Below the pieces are notes generated by a model, which was not told the DNA's origin, ran no database searches, and saw only the letters and a list, made by a program, of their open reading frames with translations. From an uncultured bacterium (GTDB taxonomy: Bacteria; Lernaellota; Lernaellaia; Lernaellales; Lernaellaceae): a stretch of DNA of 37,286 nucleotides. The first letter of the stretch is position 1. Every line of letters starts with the position of its first letter. Shown in pieces: positions 26,280-35,553 of the stretch. A program made the position numbers and the translations under genes. The DNA lies in the NCBI GenBank assembly GCA_964534375.1, contig CAZHPN010000040.1, positions 1 through 37,286 on the forward strand, written 5' to 3'.

Positions 26280-27566
26280 ATGTCCTTCCGGCGCATTTTC
26301 CTGGCGTTCACGTTGGCTGCCGCGTTGGGGATGTTCGCGTTCGCCTGCGGCGGCGGCAGTTCCAGCAGCGCGACCCGTCCCGCGGACGACGACGGTTCGC
26401 CGGCGGATGACGACGGTTCGCCGGCCGACGACGACAGTTCGCCTTCGCCGGCCCAACCCTCCTGCGACGCGGGCAAGACCTTGCTGCTGTCGGCCGAGGG
26501 CTCGTTGGCCGCGGAGCAATTTCAGCAGGGACTGGCGCTCGACCCAAACGCCGCGAACTGCCGCTACGGTCTGACGCTGGCGGATTGTTCGACGCAGTGC
26601 AACACGCTGTCGCTGCTGGTCACCTACATCACGGCGGCGATCGCGGGCTACCAGCCGCCGACGAAAGGCGAGCCGCAGACCGGCCAGAGCTTCATCGACG
26701 ACATGGTCAACATCATGCTCGGCAACTCCTATCTCAACGCCGCCAACGACGCGATCGTGCAGGCGGAATGGGTGCGCGCGAACGCGCCGGACATGATTTA
26801 TCCGCTCGCCGGTCTGCCGATCATCTTCAACTTTCAGCAAGTCGCCGCGCCCGCCGGCAACTTCGACCTGACCGACGCCGTCGCGGCCGAGGCCTGGTCC
26901 GGCGCGATCGGCGGCCTGCTTTCGCACCTGACGACGCTGAACCTCGACTTCGAATTGGGCGTGCTTTTCGCGTTCACGAAAATCGACTTCAGCCAGTCGA
27001 TCGACCTCGTGATCGGCGACATCGTGAATCTGGCGCTGGAACTGTTCGACAACCCGCTGTTCCCCGATTTTTTCACGCTGACCGACAACGGCGCGCCCTT
27101 CCAGGCGGCGGGGTTGATGACCGGCCTCGGCTGGCTGCACGCCTCCGAAACCTACAGTTGGATGACGAAGGACAGCGGCGACGTCGCCACCGAAGTGCTC
27201 GGTTACGCCGACCTCAACGGCAACCACAAGTGGGACGCGAACGAACCGCTCGTCGTGCCGCCGTTTGGCGCGCTCGACGCCGGCGCCGACAAAGTCGCCT
27301 GGGCGGCGCAAGGCGTCTTCCAGCATCTGGCGAACAGCTTTCTGGAATACACGCCGTACGACACCGATCCGGGCGTGCCGCAGCCGTTCAAATTGTCCTA
27401 TTTGAATCCGCTGCTGCAGGCGCTGGGGTTGCCGGCGTTGATTCCGGACACGCCCCTGCTGGAAATCGACTTCGGCGCGGCGTACCACGACGCCAATCCG
27501 ACCAAACTGCGCGACGAGATCGTCGCGGTCTTGCAGATCCTTCACGCGTTGTTCCCGGGCGCTTGA
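26280..27566 (+). CDS. Lipoprotein of unknown function with Asp-rich linker
   Basis: GGAG RBS and ATG 26280; lipobox AFAC; (ADDDGSP) repeats; helical body with a TPR-like start and a DLNGNHKWDANE Ca-loop-like motif. Confidence 0.78.
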   Translation: MSFRRIFLAFTLAAALGMFAFACGGGSSSSATRPADDDGSPADDDGSPADDDSSPSPAQPSCDAGKTLLLSAEGSLAAEQFQQGLALDPNAANCRYGLTLADCSTQCNTLSLLVTYITAAIAGYQPPTKGEPQTGQSFIDDMVNIMLGNSYLNAANDAIVQAEWVRANAPDMIYPLAGLPIIFNFQQVAAPAGNFDLTDAVAAEAWSGAIGGLLSHLTTLNLDFELGVLFAFTKIDFSQSIDLVIGDIVNLALELFDNPLFPDFFTLTDNGAPFQAAGLMTGLGWLHASETYSWMTKDSGDVATEVLGYADLNGNHKWDANEPLVVPPFGALDAGADKVAWAAQGVFQHLANSFLEYTPYDTDPGVPQPFKLSYLNPLLQALGLPALIPDTPLLEIDFGAAYHDANPTKLRDEIVAVLQILHALFPGA

Positions 27567-27615
27567 TCCGCGCTTGACCAGGGGTCGGTCCGCCGACCGG
27601 CGCAACGGAGGAAGA

Positions 27616-28281
27616 ATGAGCCGGCTTCATTTGACCGTGTTGTTCGCGGCGCTCTGCCTGGCCGTGGGTTTGGCGCTTTCGTACGGCGGCGAAGGCGCCG
27701 CGCCCGCGCTTACGGCGCCCGTCAACTTGGACGTCTCGCCGCTGCCCGCCGACGCGGACGCCTCGCCGGCGCCCGCCGCAAACACGGACGCTTCGCCGGC
27801 GCCTCCGGCGCCCAAGGATCGGTGGGACGACCCCCTTTCGGGACTGACGTGGCAGACGACCTCGCCGGGCCAACAGATGACGTGGGACGAGGCGAAAGCG
27901 TTTTGCGCGAAATTGACCGTGGGCGGCCGCAACGATTGGCATCTGCCGACGATCGACGAACTGCGGTACCTGATTCGCGGCTGCGCCGCAACGCAAACCG
28001 CCGGTTCCTGCGGCGTGACGAATTCGTGCCGGAAATTCGATTGCTGGAAGGCCGACTCGTGCAAGGGATGTCCGGAAAGAAAGGGCCCCGGGCCGGACGG
28101 CGCGTACTGGTCGCCGGAGCTGGCGGGGCCGATCGACTGGTATTGGTCGTCAACGCAGCTCGTCAACGCGGGCGTCCCGCGCGCGTGGCTTATCGCCTTC
28201 GGCACGGCCGACATCTACAGCACCGAAGTCAGCTTCGGCAATTGCGCGCGCGTCGCGTGCGTGCGGACGACCGCAAACTAG
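27616..28281 (+). CDS. Secreted DUF1566 (Lcl-like) domain protein
   Basis: GGAGG RBS; signal peptide; W.DP.SGLTWQ, MTWDEAKAFC, DWHLPTIDELR, YWSST and ACVR motifs. Confidence 0.87.
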   Translation: MSRLHLTVLFAALCLAVGLALSYGGEGAAPALTAPVNLDVSPLPADADASPAPAANTDASPAPPAPKDRWDDPLSGLTWQTTSPGQQMTWDEAKAFCAKLTVGGRNDWHLPTIDELRYLIRGCAATQTAGSCGVTNSCRKFDCWKADSCKGCPERKGPGPDGAYWSPELAGPIDWYWSSTQLVNAGVPRAWLIAFGTADIYSTEVSFGNCARVACVRTTAN

Positions 28282-28291
28282 ACGAGAGTCA

Positions 28292-30457
28292 TCATAACGT
28301 CGGCAAACTAATCCGCGACGGATGATCGGGACCGGTCAGCACTTGCACATGGACCGGGCGCGTCGCGGTTTCGTCCGTCATCGAGCCGCCGGTGTTTGGA
28401 TTCGCCGAGAGGCCGCAGGTGGTGCTCCTGATCGTGACAAGGATGGGCGAACCAGCCTCGAAACGAAATGCGGCGACGTTGAACGGCAAGTGAATCTCTA
28501 CGACTTCGCCCGGCCGCATCGGTTCGGGCTTGGCCATCGAGTTGCGGAAGCGCAGGCGCAGGCCGACGCCTTGCCCGACCGGCCGATTCGAGCCGTCGAG
28601 CAGAACCGCGAAAATGTCGGCGTCGGGCGTGTCGATTTTGAGAAACAGGACCAATTCCGCTCGCCCCGCAACATCGAGAGGCGCGCTGAGCTTCGGGGTT
28701 TCGAAGGCCAGGCGTTCGGACAAAACATTGGGATCGCAGTAGTCGTCTTTCGCCGGGTCGAACGTATAACTGACAACCGCCTCGTTGCCTGGCTGGCTGG
28801 CGGCGAGCTTGCCGAAATGCGCCGGATGCCCCTTGGGCCGATCGATCAGGCGTACGCTGCTGCCGTCGAGAAAATACGTGTTCGTCTTGGCGGCGAGCGG
28901 CCAGCGATCCGACGTATGCCACTCGTTTGCATTCTGGACGAAGTAGTGGATCGGCGCGGCGTCAACCGCGGCCGACTCGTCCTTGAGATATCTCTTCACG
29001 TAACTGCGGATGATTTCTCCAGCCGGTCCCGGCGCGAACGGATGATTGACGGCGTCGCCATGATCGCCGGCGTGCAGGATGAACTTGTGGGCGGCCCGGA
29101 CCGATTCGCTGCACGAATTCCCGCGCAGCGCCAGGAACGTATCGAGACCATCCGAGGTATACTCGTTCTTCGCCTGCAAAGTGAGCACGGGCGCGCAGAT
29201 CCGCGCAAGTTTGCCGGTAAGGCTCCAGTTGTCCCAGTACTCCGACCGCCGGTCCATGAATGGCAAAGCCGCGCGCCACACCGGGTCTCGCTCGCCAAAT
29301 ATCGCTGTGTCCAGGTCGCGAACCGGCCGGGAATTCGTGATCGTGCGATTGTACTTGGGATCCTCCTGAAGGTTCTCGTGGCCCTTTACGAACCGATCCC
29401 ACCATACGAGTTGCCCCTTAATCATACCGTTCTGCGTCGCCGGCCAGGTCTCAAAGGCGCGGCTCGGCGCCCCATCGGCGATCACCAGTTTGACTTCCGA
29501 GGTGTCGACCGCTGCCGCCACCGCGGCGAACCCGGCGTAAGACGCGCCAAACGTGCCGACCGCGCCATTCGACCAGGGCTGCTTGGCGATCCAGCGAACG
29601 GCATCTTGCCCGTCGGCAAACTCCTGGCTCATCGGCCGCAACTCGCCCTCGGACTTGCCGGTCCCGCGAACCGCTTGGAACACAAGTGCATATCCCTCTT
29701 TCGTGAAGGGACGCCAGGCATCGAAGCCATATCCGGCATCGGGTGCGTAATGCGCGTAGTACGGCGAGCGGACGAGGAGCGTGGGCGCCTTTTGGCCGGC
29801 TGCCATCGCCGGCGGCAACACCACGTGCGTCTCGAGCCGCACGCCATCTCGCATGGGGACCATCACCGAACTCTCGTTTGGCGGCAGCGGCGGCGGCGCA
29901 ACATCGGACAATTCGATGCTGTCGAACGCCGCCTTGAACATGGGAGCGAGTTTGGGCCACGCGTCGGCAGCCGCCGCGAATTGGAAGATGTAGAACTTGT
30001 CGCCGACATGGACGCCGTACTCGATGGTCCGGTGCGGCGGCTCGACCTCGGTGGAATACTCCAAGACTGCGCCCGGCCGGCCGAGCACCGTTGTCTTTTC
30101 CAGACGCACTCGATGGTGCTTCGAACCAACCACTTTCATGATCCCCGCCTCGCGGATTTCAAGGCTGACGGCGCCCGGAAGCGCCAGTATCGAAATTCGT
30201 GGGAGGATGTCGCTCGGCGATGGGCTGAACACGAGAGCCTTGGCGCCGGGAGCGCTCTTGTCGATCCGCTGCCAGCCAACTGGGCAAAGGAACCGCACGC
30301 CGAGGGCCGCCTCCTCGCGTTGCTCCATGGCGGGATTGCCGCTCTGTTCTGAGGTCTGCGACGCGGCGGCGCCCGCCATCGCTCCGGTTCCGCATCCCGC
30401 AGCCAAGAGAACGAGGAGAGTCAGCAGCAGTCCGCAACTTGAGCTTCGCATGCGCAT
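28292..30457 (-). CDS. CocE/NonD family (peptidase S15-like) hydrolase with extra N-terminal domain; probable lipoprotein
   Basis: VMVPMRDGVRL, RSPY, RGTGKSEG, DGQDAVRWIAKQPWSNGAVGTFGASYAG nucleophile motif and a PepX_C-like C-terminus; leader ending AAGC. Confidence 0.9.
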   Translation of the reverse strand: MRMRSSSCGLLLTLLVLLAAGCGTGAMAGAAASQTSEQSGNPAMEQREEAALGVRFLCPVGWQRIDKSAPGAKALVFSPSPSDILPRISILALPGAVSLEIREAGIMKVVGSKHHRVRLEKTTVLGRPGAVLEYSTEVEPPHRTIEYGVHVGDKFYIFQFAAAADAWPKLAPMFKAAFDSIELSDVAPPPLPPNESSVMVPMRDGVRLETHVVLPPAMAAGQKAPTLLVRSPYYAHYAPDAGYGFDAWRPFTKEGYALVFQAVRGTGKSEGELRPMSQEFADGQDAVRWIAKQPWSNGAVGTFGASYAGFAAVAAAVDTSEVKLVIADGAPSRAFETWPATQNGMIKGQLVWWDRFVKGHENLQEDPKYNRTITNSRPVRDLDTAIFGERDPVWRAALPFMDRRSEYWDNWSLTGKLARICAPVLTLQAKNEYTSDGLDTFLALRGNSCSESVRAAHKFILHAGDHGDAVNHPFAPGPAGEIIRSYVKRYLKDESAAVDAAPIHYFVQNANEWHTSDRWPLAAKTNTYFLDGSSVRLIDRPKGHPAHFGKLAASQPGNEAVVSYTFDPAKDDYCDPNVLSERLAFETPKLSAPLDVAGRAELVLFLKIDTPDADIFAVLLDGSNRPVGQGVGLRLRFRNSMAKPEPMRPGEVVEIHLPFNVAAFRFEAGSPILVTIRSTTCGLSANPNTGGSMTDETATRPVHVQVLTGPDHPSRISLPTL

Positions 30458-30579
30458 CTCCTTATCGCGGTCACTGTGAATAACGGTCCTGCGCCTTGAA
30501 TGTCGACGTCAATCGCCTACGGCTTCGCCCGCAGGGAATCGCGATCGGGCCCGGATCGATATCGTCGCGCAAAACCATA

Positions 30580-32061
30580 TCAGTAGCCGTAGTGCAAGAT
30601 CAACGCGGATTGGGAGTCCGTGTCCTCCCCAACCGCGAACACGTTCGTGGGCGAGGCAGCCCAAATGCCTGCCAATTCCGCATGGTCCGTCACGCCGGTG
30701 GTCATCGACGACCACGACGAACCGTCGTAGTGCAGAATCAACGCGAGATCGGCCGTGATGTTCGCTCCCGCGGCGAACACGTCCGCGGCGGAACTGCCGC
30801 CGACGCCCCCCAACGTCGCAAAGCCCGTCACGCCGCTGGTCATCGACGACCACGACGAACCGTCGTAGTGCAGGATCAGCGCGTGAAATGAAGTCAGGTC
30901 GACCCCCACGGCAAACACGTCGGCGGCCGAACTTCCCCAAACGGCCTTCAAGCTCCCGTTGTCCGTCGTTCCGGTCGTCATCGGCGACCACGACGAACCG
31001 TCGAAGTGCAAGATCAGCGGGGAAAATGAGGTCCCGTCGTACCCCACCGCGAAGACGTCCGTGGCGGAGCTTCCCCAAACGCTGACCAACTGCGCCTCGT
31101 CCGTCAGGCCGGCGATCATCGGCGACCACGACGAACCGTCGTACTGCATGATCAGCGCGAGTCCGTCGTCCGCATCCTGCCCCACGGCGAATACGTCGGC
31201 GGCCGAATTGCCCCACACGCCGGCCAACGCCGCCTGGTCCGTCAGGCCGGTCGTCATCGGCGACCAGGACGCCCCATCGTATTGCACGATCAGCGCCGAA
31301 AACGAAGTTATGTCCTGACCCACGGCGAACACGTTCGTGGCGGAACTGCCCCACACGCAGCGCAAATTCGCCGTGTCGGTCACGCCGGGCGCCATCGACG
31401 ACCACGACGATCCGTCGTACTGCAGGATCAGCGCGAGATTGGACGTCGGGTCGTTCCCCACGGCGAACACGTTGGCGGCCGAACTTCCCCAAACCGCGGC
31501 CAGATTCCCTGAGCCCGCCATTCCGGTCGACATCGGCGACCAGGACGGCGTGGTGTCGTTGTCATCGTCGTTGTCGTCATCGTTGTCGTCGTTGTCGTTG
31601 TCATTGTCATTGTCATTGTCGTCGTTGTCGTCGTCATCATCGACGGTGTCGTTGTCGTCGTTGTCGTCGTTGTCGTCGTCATCGTTGTCATCGTCATCGT
31701 TGTCATCGTCATCGTCGACGGTGTCATTGTCGTCGTCGTCATCGACGGGCGAAGCGTCGTCATCGTCGTCCGTCGTGTCATTGTCGTCGTCGTCATCGAC
31801 GGGTGAGGCGTCGTCGTCGTCGTCCGTCGTGTCGTTGTCGTCGTCGTCATCGACGGGCGAGGCGTCGTCGTCGTTGTCATCGTCGACCGGCGAAGCGTCG
31901 TCATCGACGGGCGAGGCGTCGTCATCGTCGTCCGTCGCGTCGTTGTCGTCATCGACGGCAGAGCGGCGGCTTGAACTGCTGCTGGAACTGCCGCAGGCGA
32001 CGGCGCAGGCAAGCAACACTGCGGCCAACAGAAAAATTGGAAGCCAATTGCCCCGTTTCAT
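30580..32061 (-). CDS. Lipoprotein with very long Asp-rich linker and 7-repeat beta-propeller (paralog of the 2989-4473 propeller)
   Basis: GGAGG RBS and ATG 32061; lipobox AVAC; about 135 aa Asp/Asn tract; seven VWGSSAxDVFAVG..LILHYDGSSWS.M repeats. The ORF-track extension to 32505 belongs to the upstream pseudogene. Confidence 0.85.
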   Translation of the reverse strand: MKRGNWLPIFLLAAVLLACAVACGSSSSSSSRRSAVDDDNDATDDDDDASPVDDDASPVDDDNDDDASPVDDDDDNDTTDDDDDASPVDDDDDNDTTDDDDDASPVDDDDDNDTVDDDDDNDDDDNDDDDNDDNDDNDTVDDDDDNDDNDNDNDNDNDDNDDDNDDDNDTTPSWSPMSTGMAGSGNLAAVWGSSAANVFAVGNDPTSNLALILQYDGSSWSSMAPGVTDTANLRCVWGSSATNVFAVGQDITSFSALIVQYDGASWSPMTTGLTDQAALAGVWGNSAADVFAVGQDADDGLALIMQYDGSSWSPMIAGLTDEAQLVSVWGSSATDVFAVGYDGTSFSPLILHFDGSSWSPMTTGTTDNGSLKAVWGSSAADVFAVGVDLTSFHALILHYDGSSWSSMTSGVTGFATLGGVGGSSAADVFAAGANITADLALILHYDGSSWSSMTTGVTDHAELAGIWAASPTNVFAVGEDTDSQSALILHYGY

Positions 32062-32140
32062 CGGAATACCTCCAGCCGTCAGAAAGAATGAAATTGCGCT
32101 GGACCGAATTATCACGGAATCGAGACGCCGCGTAAAGGGG

Positions 32141-32743
32141 TTAATTCGCGCACAATAGGCATGAACGGCCAGACCCGGTCGCGTCGCTGCCTGCGGTTGG
32201 GCGAATCGTTGGCGAAACCAAGCAGCCTCCGGCGAAAATTGATCGCGTTTCCAGTCTTCGATGCCCGAATCCGCGAGCGCCCCCCAGCCGGCGGAACGAG
32301 CCAATTCGTCGAATTCCGCGGGCGCGAAGGACGAACGCCTCGGCTCGCCGGTCATCACGCCGAACAACAGGAGCGACAGCCGCCGGCCGAGCGACAAGCG
32401 CATTTTCTTGAGATAAGTGAGCGCGAGCCGGCTGCCCGGGGCGGAGATCGCGCGAATATCGGCCATTGTCCGGGCGACATCTTCGGGCGCGAGGCACATC
32501 GTCACGCCTTCCCACAGCCAGACCGTCGGCCGCGTTGGGTCGTGGCCGGCCGCGCGGCGCCCAAAACGGATACGGCGAGGCGGGCAGCCGCCGCGCCGCG
32601 CGGTCCACCTGCCGCCGCCAAGCCGGAGCGAGCAACTGCGCCGCTATCGGGTCCGCGAAGCCCGGAACCTCGGGGGCGAGGTTCGCCAGCGCACGGTTGA
32701 ACGCGGCAAATTGCGCGGTGTTGCTGGCCTTGCGGGCGCGCAT
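32141..32743 (-). pseudogene. LCM-family (leucine carboxyl methyltransferase-like) SAM-dependent methyltransferase, deleted and frameshifted
   Basis: N-terminus ASNTAQFAAFNRA..DPIAAQLL is in one frame and AGHDPTRPTVWLWEGVTMCL..SAPGSRL..GEP in another, switching near 32550-32560. The central LGAGLD SAM-binding motif is missing. Confidence 0.75.
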
Positions 32744-32748
32744 GCGAT

Positions 32749-33414
32749 CTAGCGCTTCGTGAGCCGCAAGTCGAAACCGATGCCGCTTTGCACAATCTCG
32801 CCGGCGCCGAAGCGGCTCGCGGCGGCCATCCGCTGGACCGCGTCACTTGTGTAGGCGGTCTTCAGGAGCATGAACCGAAACGTCAACTTCGTGAAGAACG
32901 AGTTCCAGCGCGACATCTTCATCTCGTCGACCTCGGCGTAGATCTCTTCGCGCGAGGCGTCTTTGCGGAGATCGAAAATCGAGGCCTGGCCGCCCGGCTT
33001 CAGCACGCGGTGGATCTCGTTGAGCGCGCCCACGGGGTCGGCGAAGTTTTTGAACGCGGCCCGGCAGACGACGAAATCGAAGGAGTTGTCGGCATACGGC
33101 ATCTCCGAGGCGTTGCCCTGGCGGAAGTCGATCGCCACGCCGGCCGCCCGCGCGTTCTCGGCCGCGATGCGGACGAACGACTTGCTGATGTCGAGGCCGG
33201 AGATGCGAAAGTCGCCCAGTTTGGCAATTTCGATCGCCAGGTATCCGGGCCCCGGCGCCGCTTCCAAGACCGCGCCGCCCGCCGGCAGCCGCGCGGCGAC
33301 GGATTTTGCGCAAACGAGAACGTCGCGGATGTCGCCTTTCGTGTTTTTCGCGTACCAGGAGGCGATGACGCCCTCCATCGCGATTCCCTTGTAAGCCTTC
33401 GGTTGGGTCGTCAT
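32749..33414 (-). CDS. Class I SAM-dependent methyltransferase (Methyltransf_11-like)
   Basis: VLEAAPGPGYL, GLDIS, GNASEMPYADNSFDFVV and EIHRVLKPGG motifs; AAGGAG RBS. Confidence 0.92.
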   Translation of the reverse strand: MTTQPKAYKGIAMEGVIASWYAKNTKGDIRDVLVCAKSVAARLPAGGAVLEAAPGPGYLAIEIAKLGDFRISGLDISKSFVRIAAENARAAGVAIDFRQGNASEMPYADNSFDFVVCRAAFKNFADPVGALNEIHRVLKPGGQASIFDLRKDASREEIYAEVDEMKMSRWNSFFTKLTFRFMLLKTAYTSDAVQRMAAASRFGAGEIVQSGIGFDLRLTKR

Positions 33415-33467
33415 GGCCGGCTCCTTTCGCGCCCGCGACGCCCGCCGAACTAACAGGCATCGTGAAT

Positions 33468-33484
33468 AGCTAACACCGTTAGCT
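33468..33484. promoter_or_regulatory. Probable TetR operator
   Basis: Perfect inverted repeat AGCTAAC-ACC-GTTAGCT between the divergent methyltransferase and TetR genes. Confidence 0.7.
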
Positions 33485-33543
33485 TAGGTGAACCCGGTTG
33501 CCCTGTCAAGACCGCCGTGGTAAATTTGCCGCGGAGGTTGGCC

Positions 33544-34257
33544 GTGAGCATTGTCCCCTACCGCAATTCGCCGCGCGCCCGAAAGCGGGCGCCGCTCGAC
33601 CGCGCGCAGATTGTCGCGACGGCGCTCGTCCTGCTCGATGAAGCCGGCCTCGACAGCCTGACGATGCGCAGCCTCGCCGAACGGCTGGGCGTCAAAGCCG
33701 CCTCGCTCTACCGCCACGTGCGCGACAAAGAGGAACTGCTGACCCTGCTCGCCGACGAGATCAGCGGCGAAATCGCCGTCGAATGCGCCGGCCGGACGTG
33801 GCAGCAGCAGCTTCTCGACAAGGCCCGCCGCCTGCGCCGCGGCCTGCAGAAACACCGCGACGCGGCGCGCCTGTTGTCCGCCACGATGCCGGCCGGGCCG
33901 CGGCGGCTCCGCCACATCGAGACCACCCTGCGCATCCTCCTTTCCGCCGGCTTGACCGGGCGGGATGCGGCCCGCGCGGCGTACCACATGAACAACCTGG
34001 TGACCGAGTTCGCCTCCGACGAAGCCCGGATCACCCTTGCCGCCGAGGCCCTGGGGGTGACGCGCCGCGAACTGCTCGCGGGGGCGCGCCAGTATTTTCG
34101 GGAACTGCCGCCGGGCGAGTTCCCGAGCCTCAGCAAACTCGCCAACCACGTGGCCGACGACAATCAGGACGGGCTCTTCGAATTCGGGCTGCAGGTGTGG
34201 CTGCGCGGACTTGAGCGACTCATCGAGATCCGGACCTTTGGGCGGGGGGGCCGGTGA
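33544..34257 (+). CDS. TetR/AcrR family regulator (TetR_C type)
   Basis: HTH LTMRSLAERLGVKAASLYRHVRDKEELL and C-terminal FEFGL motif; GTG 33544 with a GGAGG RBS. Confidence 0.93.
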   Translation: MSIVPYRNSPRARKRAPLDRAQIVATALVLLDEAGLDSLTMRSLAERLGVKAASLYRHVRDKEELLTLLADEISGEIAVECAGRTWQQQLLDKARRLRRGLQKHRDAARLLSATMPAGPRRLRHIETTLRILLSAGLTGRDAARAAYHMNNLVTEFASDEARITLAAEALGVTRRELLAGARQYFRELPPGEFPSLSKLANHVADDNQDGLFEFGLQVWLRGLERLIEIRTFGRGGR

Positions 34258-34302
34258 AAGTCATTCGCGATCGCAGCGCGGAATCCGGGGGTCGGATTTG
34301 GC

Positions 34303-34330
34303 GCAAGGAGCCCGGTCTTCAGACCGGCCC
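34303..34330. repeat. REP-like palindrome, copy 2
   Basis: GCAAGGAGCCCGGTCTTCAGACCGGCCC, between convergent genes and overlapping the 34319 stop codon. Confidence 0.45.
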
Positions 34331-35416
34331 CGGGCGCGCCGCCTGCCGCCGAGCCAGCGCCTTGGCGAGCGCCTCGGCGAAAACGCCGGCGGCAAGCGCG
34401 GACGGATGGCCGTCGATGGGAATCATCATATCCTCGCGGCGGTAATTGTCGAAAGCGTGGGACAAGTCAAGCAATTGGACAGGGCCGTCGGGCGCGAAAT
34501 ACAGCCGCATTCCGCGCGCGTAATTCTCGGGATAAACCGCCAGGTAAAATTCGCTGGTTGGGAAGCGTTGCAAAAATGCGCGGGCGGCCTCCTCGATCAA
34601 TTGCGCGGCGAAACGGGCGACCGCCGGCCGCGCGGCCGGCGGCCAGTCGTAGCCGGGCATCATGTACGTGCGGTGCACGGCGGCCTCCGCCGGCGAGTAG
34701 TGCGTGCGCGGCGGGCGGTCCCAATCCATCAGGCCCGCGCGCGTCAGACGGCCGGCGGCGTCGATCTCGTAGCAGGGAATCGGATATTTCTGGCACCGCA
34801 GCCACGCGAGACTGCCGATGGCGCGCGCGATCATGCCGTCATGGTAAACGAGCACCGCCGCGCCGCGTCGCTCCTTGACGCCCGCCGCGAATTCCGGGCT
34901 GCTTAAAAGCGCGAGGATCTCGTTCGGCCCCCAGCCCGGCGCACCGTAATTGTAAACCGTCGCCGTGCGCCCCGCCTCAGTTCGCGCCAATCGCGCCGCG
35001 ATCGTTTCGTCGTCGCGCAACCCCATGCCGAACGCCAACGAGCAGCCGAGAATCGCGACGAACGACTCGGGCGTCGCGGCCGTTTGCGGCGTGACGCGCC
35101 GGCCCAGCGCGTCGGTGTGCAGCCACACGTCGTACAATTCGCGCCCGTCGACCCGGCAGCGCTCGCGCGTCGCCGCGTTTTTCGTCAGCGCCGAGCCCAG
35201 CCAATCGTCGCGCTGCAACAGGGGATCGCCTTCCGTCCGGCAATCCGGCGCAACCCACCGCCGCGCCCACACCGCCCCGGCCGACCAGTGTCGCGCCGCC
35301 GTCAGGCCCGCGGCGGCTGCCAGCAGCGCGCCCAGCGCCAGCCCGAGCAGCGCCGCAGCCAGCCGTGGCCGCCACCAGCGCGCCCGTGCGCGAATTCGTT
35401 TGGTCAGTCGGAGCAA
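34319..35416 (-). CDS. Membrane-anchored SGNH/GDSL-like hydrolase-fold protein
   Basis: N-terminal TM helix; LGCSLAFGMGL.DDET (block I-like), VYNYGAPGWGP (block II) and DGHPS (DxH). Start is tentatively TTG 35416. Confidence 0.7.
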   Translation of the reverse strand: MLRLTKRIRARARWWRPRLAAALLGLALGALLAAAAGLTAARHWSAGAVWARRWVAPDCRTEGDPLLQRDDWLGSALTKNAATRERCRVDGRELYDVWLHTDALGRRVTPQTAATPESFVAILGCSLAFGMGLRDDETIAARLARTEAGRTATVYNYGAPGWGPNEILALLSSPEFAAGVKERRGAAVLVYHDGMIARAIGSLAWLRCQKYPIPCYEIDAAGRLTRAGLMDWDRPPRTHYSPAEAAVHRTYMMPGYDWPPAARPAVARFAAQLIEEAARAFLQRFPTSEFYLAVYPENYARGMRLYFAPDGPVQLLDLSHAFDNYRREDMMIPIDGHPSALAAGVFAEALAKALARRQAARPGPV

Positions 35417-35553
35417 TCCCGCGCCTCGCTTCTCGCCGGGCGCCACTATACACCGCCGGCGCTGCGGCGGTCGAGCGCGCTTCGAGGCGCTCTGGGATAA
35501 TTGGGTAAAACAGTCGCCGGCGGCGCACACGATCGGCTCTGCTCGACGCCCTT

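Noticed and set aside
30580..32505. 641-aa methyltransferase-propeller fusion protein
   Set aside because: An internal RBS, ATG and lipoprotein signal at 32061 show a separate gene. The extension is a pseudogene fragment.
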